The notes below the pieces were generated by a model, which saw nothing but the letters and a program-made list of their open reading frames with translations, searched no databases and was not told the DNA's origin. A program made the translations under genes and the position numbers. From assembly GCA_009914755.4 (NCBI GenBank), contig CP086569.2, positions 30,912,001 to 30,976,000 on the forward strand: a DNA stretch of 64,000 bases, in the 5' to 3' direction. This document shows positions 59,189-64,000 of the stretch, piece by piece. Within the stretch, counting starts at the first letter, position 1; each line of letters opens with the position of its first letter. This DNA is from the human T2T-CHM13v2.0 reference genome, Homo sapiens.

Positions 59189-59749
59189 ATATTTTTTAAA
59201 TGAAAAAAAATTTCAAAGGTACTCTGCTTGGTACAATAGACAAATGTATAAACTGAGGAATAAAACATAACCATGAAAGCTACTTATAACTGCATATGGA
59301 AAATACAGAGGATAATTTTTTAAATAACATATTTTGAAAGCCTTAACTAGTAATTTGAAGAGTTGGCATTTGAAAGGCCAGTATGAATATACCTTCAAAG
59401 ACGCAACACAGGTTCCCCATGAGAAAAAGCAAACTCAGGGAAAATAAAACCACAAAGGTTCAATCTCTTCTGACCTTTGAAAGACACAGCACAGACAGTG
59501 GTCCTTAGGACGAAGAGCAGGAGACCCCTAATTCCGTCACCATGGCGATAGGGCATAAACATTGCTGGGTGAGGGCACAATCCACATTGTGAGGTCCAAG
59601 TGCTGCCAGGAAGACAGGAGTGCTTTTACATAGACCGAAAGGTCATTGAAGGCTCAGAGTTTTGTTTCAAGAACTGAATCCCAAGCCCACACGTTATTAG
59701 GCTGCGCTTCTTAAAACAAGTTATGAGATGGGAAAAAGGGCACCCACAA
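59189..59749. repeat. Non-AT-rich ~0.56-kb segment of the DYZ2-type unit (origin not recognisable by eye)
   Basis: Mixed-composition sequence (..aaatgaaaaaaaatttcaaaggtactctgcttggtacaat...gggcacccacaaacatacgtatac) recurs at 61609-62169 with few differences. Confidence 0.7.
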
Positions 59750-61608
<1,859 letters not shown>

Positions 61609-62169
61609 ATATTTTTTAAATGAAAAAAAATTTCAAAGGTACTCTGCTTGGTACAATAATCAAATGTATAAACTGAGGAATAAAACATAACCATGAAACC
61701 TACTTGTAACTGCATATGGAAAATACAGAGGATAATTTTTTAAATAACATATTTTGAAAGCCTTAACTAGTAATTTGAAGAGTTGGCATTTGAAAGGCCA
61801 GTATGAATATACCTTCAAAGCAGCAACACAGGTTCCCCATGAGAAAAAGCAAACTCAGGGAAAATAAAACCACAAAGGTTCAATCTCTTCTGACCTTTGA
61901 AAGACACAGCACAGACAGTGGTCCTTAGGACGAAGAGCAGGAGACCCCTAATTCCGTCACCATGGCGATAGGGCATAAACACTGCTGGGTGAGGGCACAA
62001 TCCACATTGTGAGGTCCAACTGCTGCCAGGAAGACAGGAGTGCTTTTACATAGACCGAAAGGTCATTGAAGGCTCAGAGTTTTGTTTCAAGAACTGAATC
62101 CCAAGCCCACACGTTATTAGGCTGCGCTTCTTAAAACAAGTTATGAGATGGGAAAAAGGGCACCCACAA
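61609..62169. repeat. Non-AT-rich segment of the DYZ2-type unit, copy 2
   Basis: Near-identical to 59189-59749. Confidence 0.7.

Positions 62170-64000
<1,831 letters not shown>

Noticed and set aside
59213-59580. Two 61-aa minus-strand ORFs in the non-AT-rich DYZ2 segment; the second recurs at 61815-62000 with 3 aa changes
   Set aside because: They are short and lie inside a tandem satellite unit. The between-copy conservation comes from repeat amplification, not selection. There is no splice or promoter context.

Overview
This window holds no credible protein-coding gene or prokaryote-style gene system. It is human constitutive heterochromatin made of two satellite families meeting at one sharp junction.

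(1) Positions 1-58,140: a head-to-tail array of diverged GGAAT pentamers (Human Satellite III), organised as a higher-order repeat (HOR) of about 3.55 kb.
- Full units measure 3,534-3,569 bp.
- Each unit carries a single GGCC (HaeIII) site, matching the classic 3.56-kb DYZ1 unit of Yq12.
- There are 16 phase anchors, about 16.4 units in total.
- Two partial-unit tandem duplications are consistent with unequal exchange; their novel junctions lie near 7,225 and 31,560.

(2) Positions 58,141-64,000: an AT-rich tandem repeat with an exact 2,420-bp period.
- The unit order is AT-rich (~1.55 kb), then a minus-strand Alu (~0.3 kb), then a moderate-GC segment (~0.56 kb).
- This matches the HSat1B/DYZ2 family.
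- The junction-proximal unit lacks about 770 bp of its AT-rich segment.

A DYZ1-type array directly abutting a DYZ2-type array is the signature of the alternating blocks on the Y-chromosome long arm (Yq12). The family calls and chromosomal assignment rest on published unit sizes and compositions, not on a database search.

Every ORF in the supplied track is a translation artifact. (GGAAT)n and (ATTCC)n have no stop codon in any frame, and the remaining ORFs sit in AT-rich low-complexity DNA. The noteworthy content is structural: HOR variants, duplication junctions, variant-subfamily blocks, array-edge degeneration, and the exact DYZ1/DYZ2 breakpoint.
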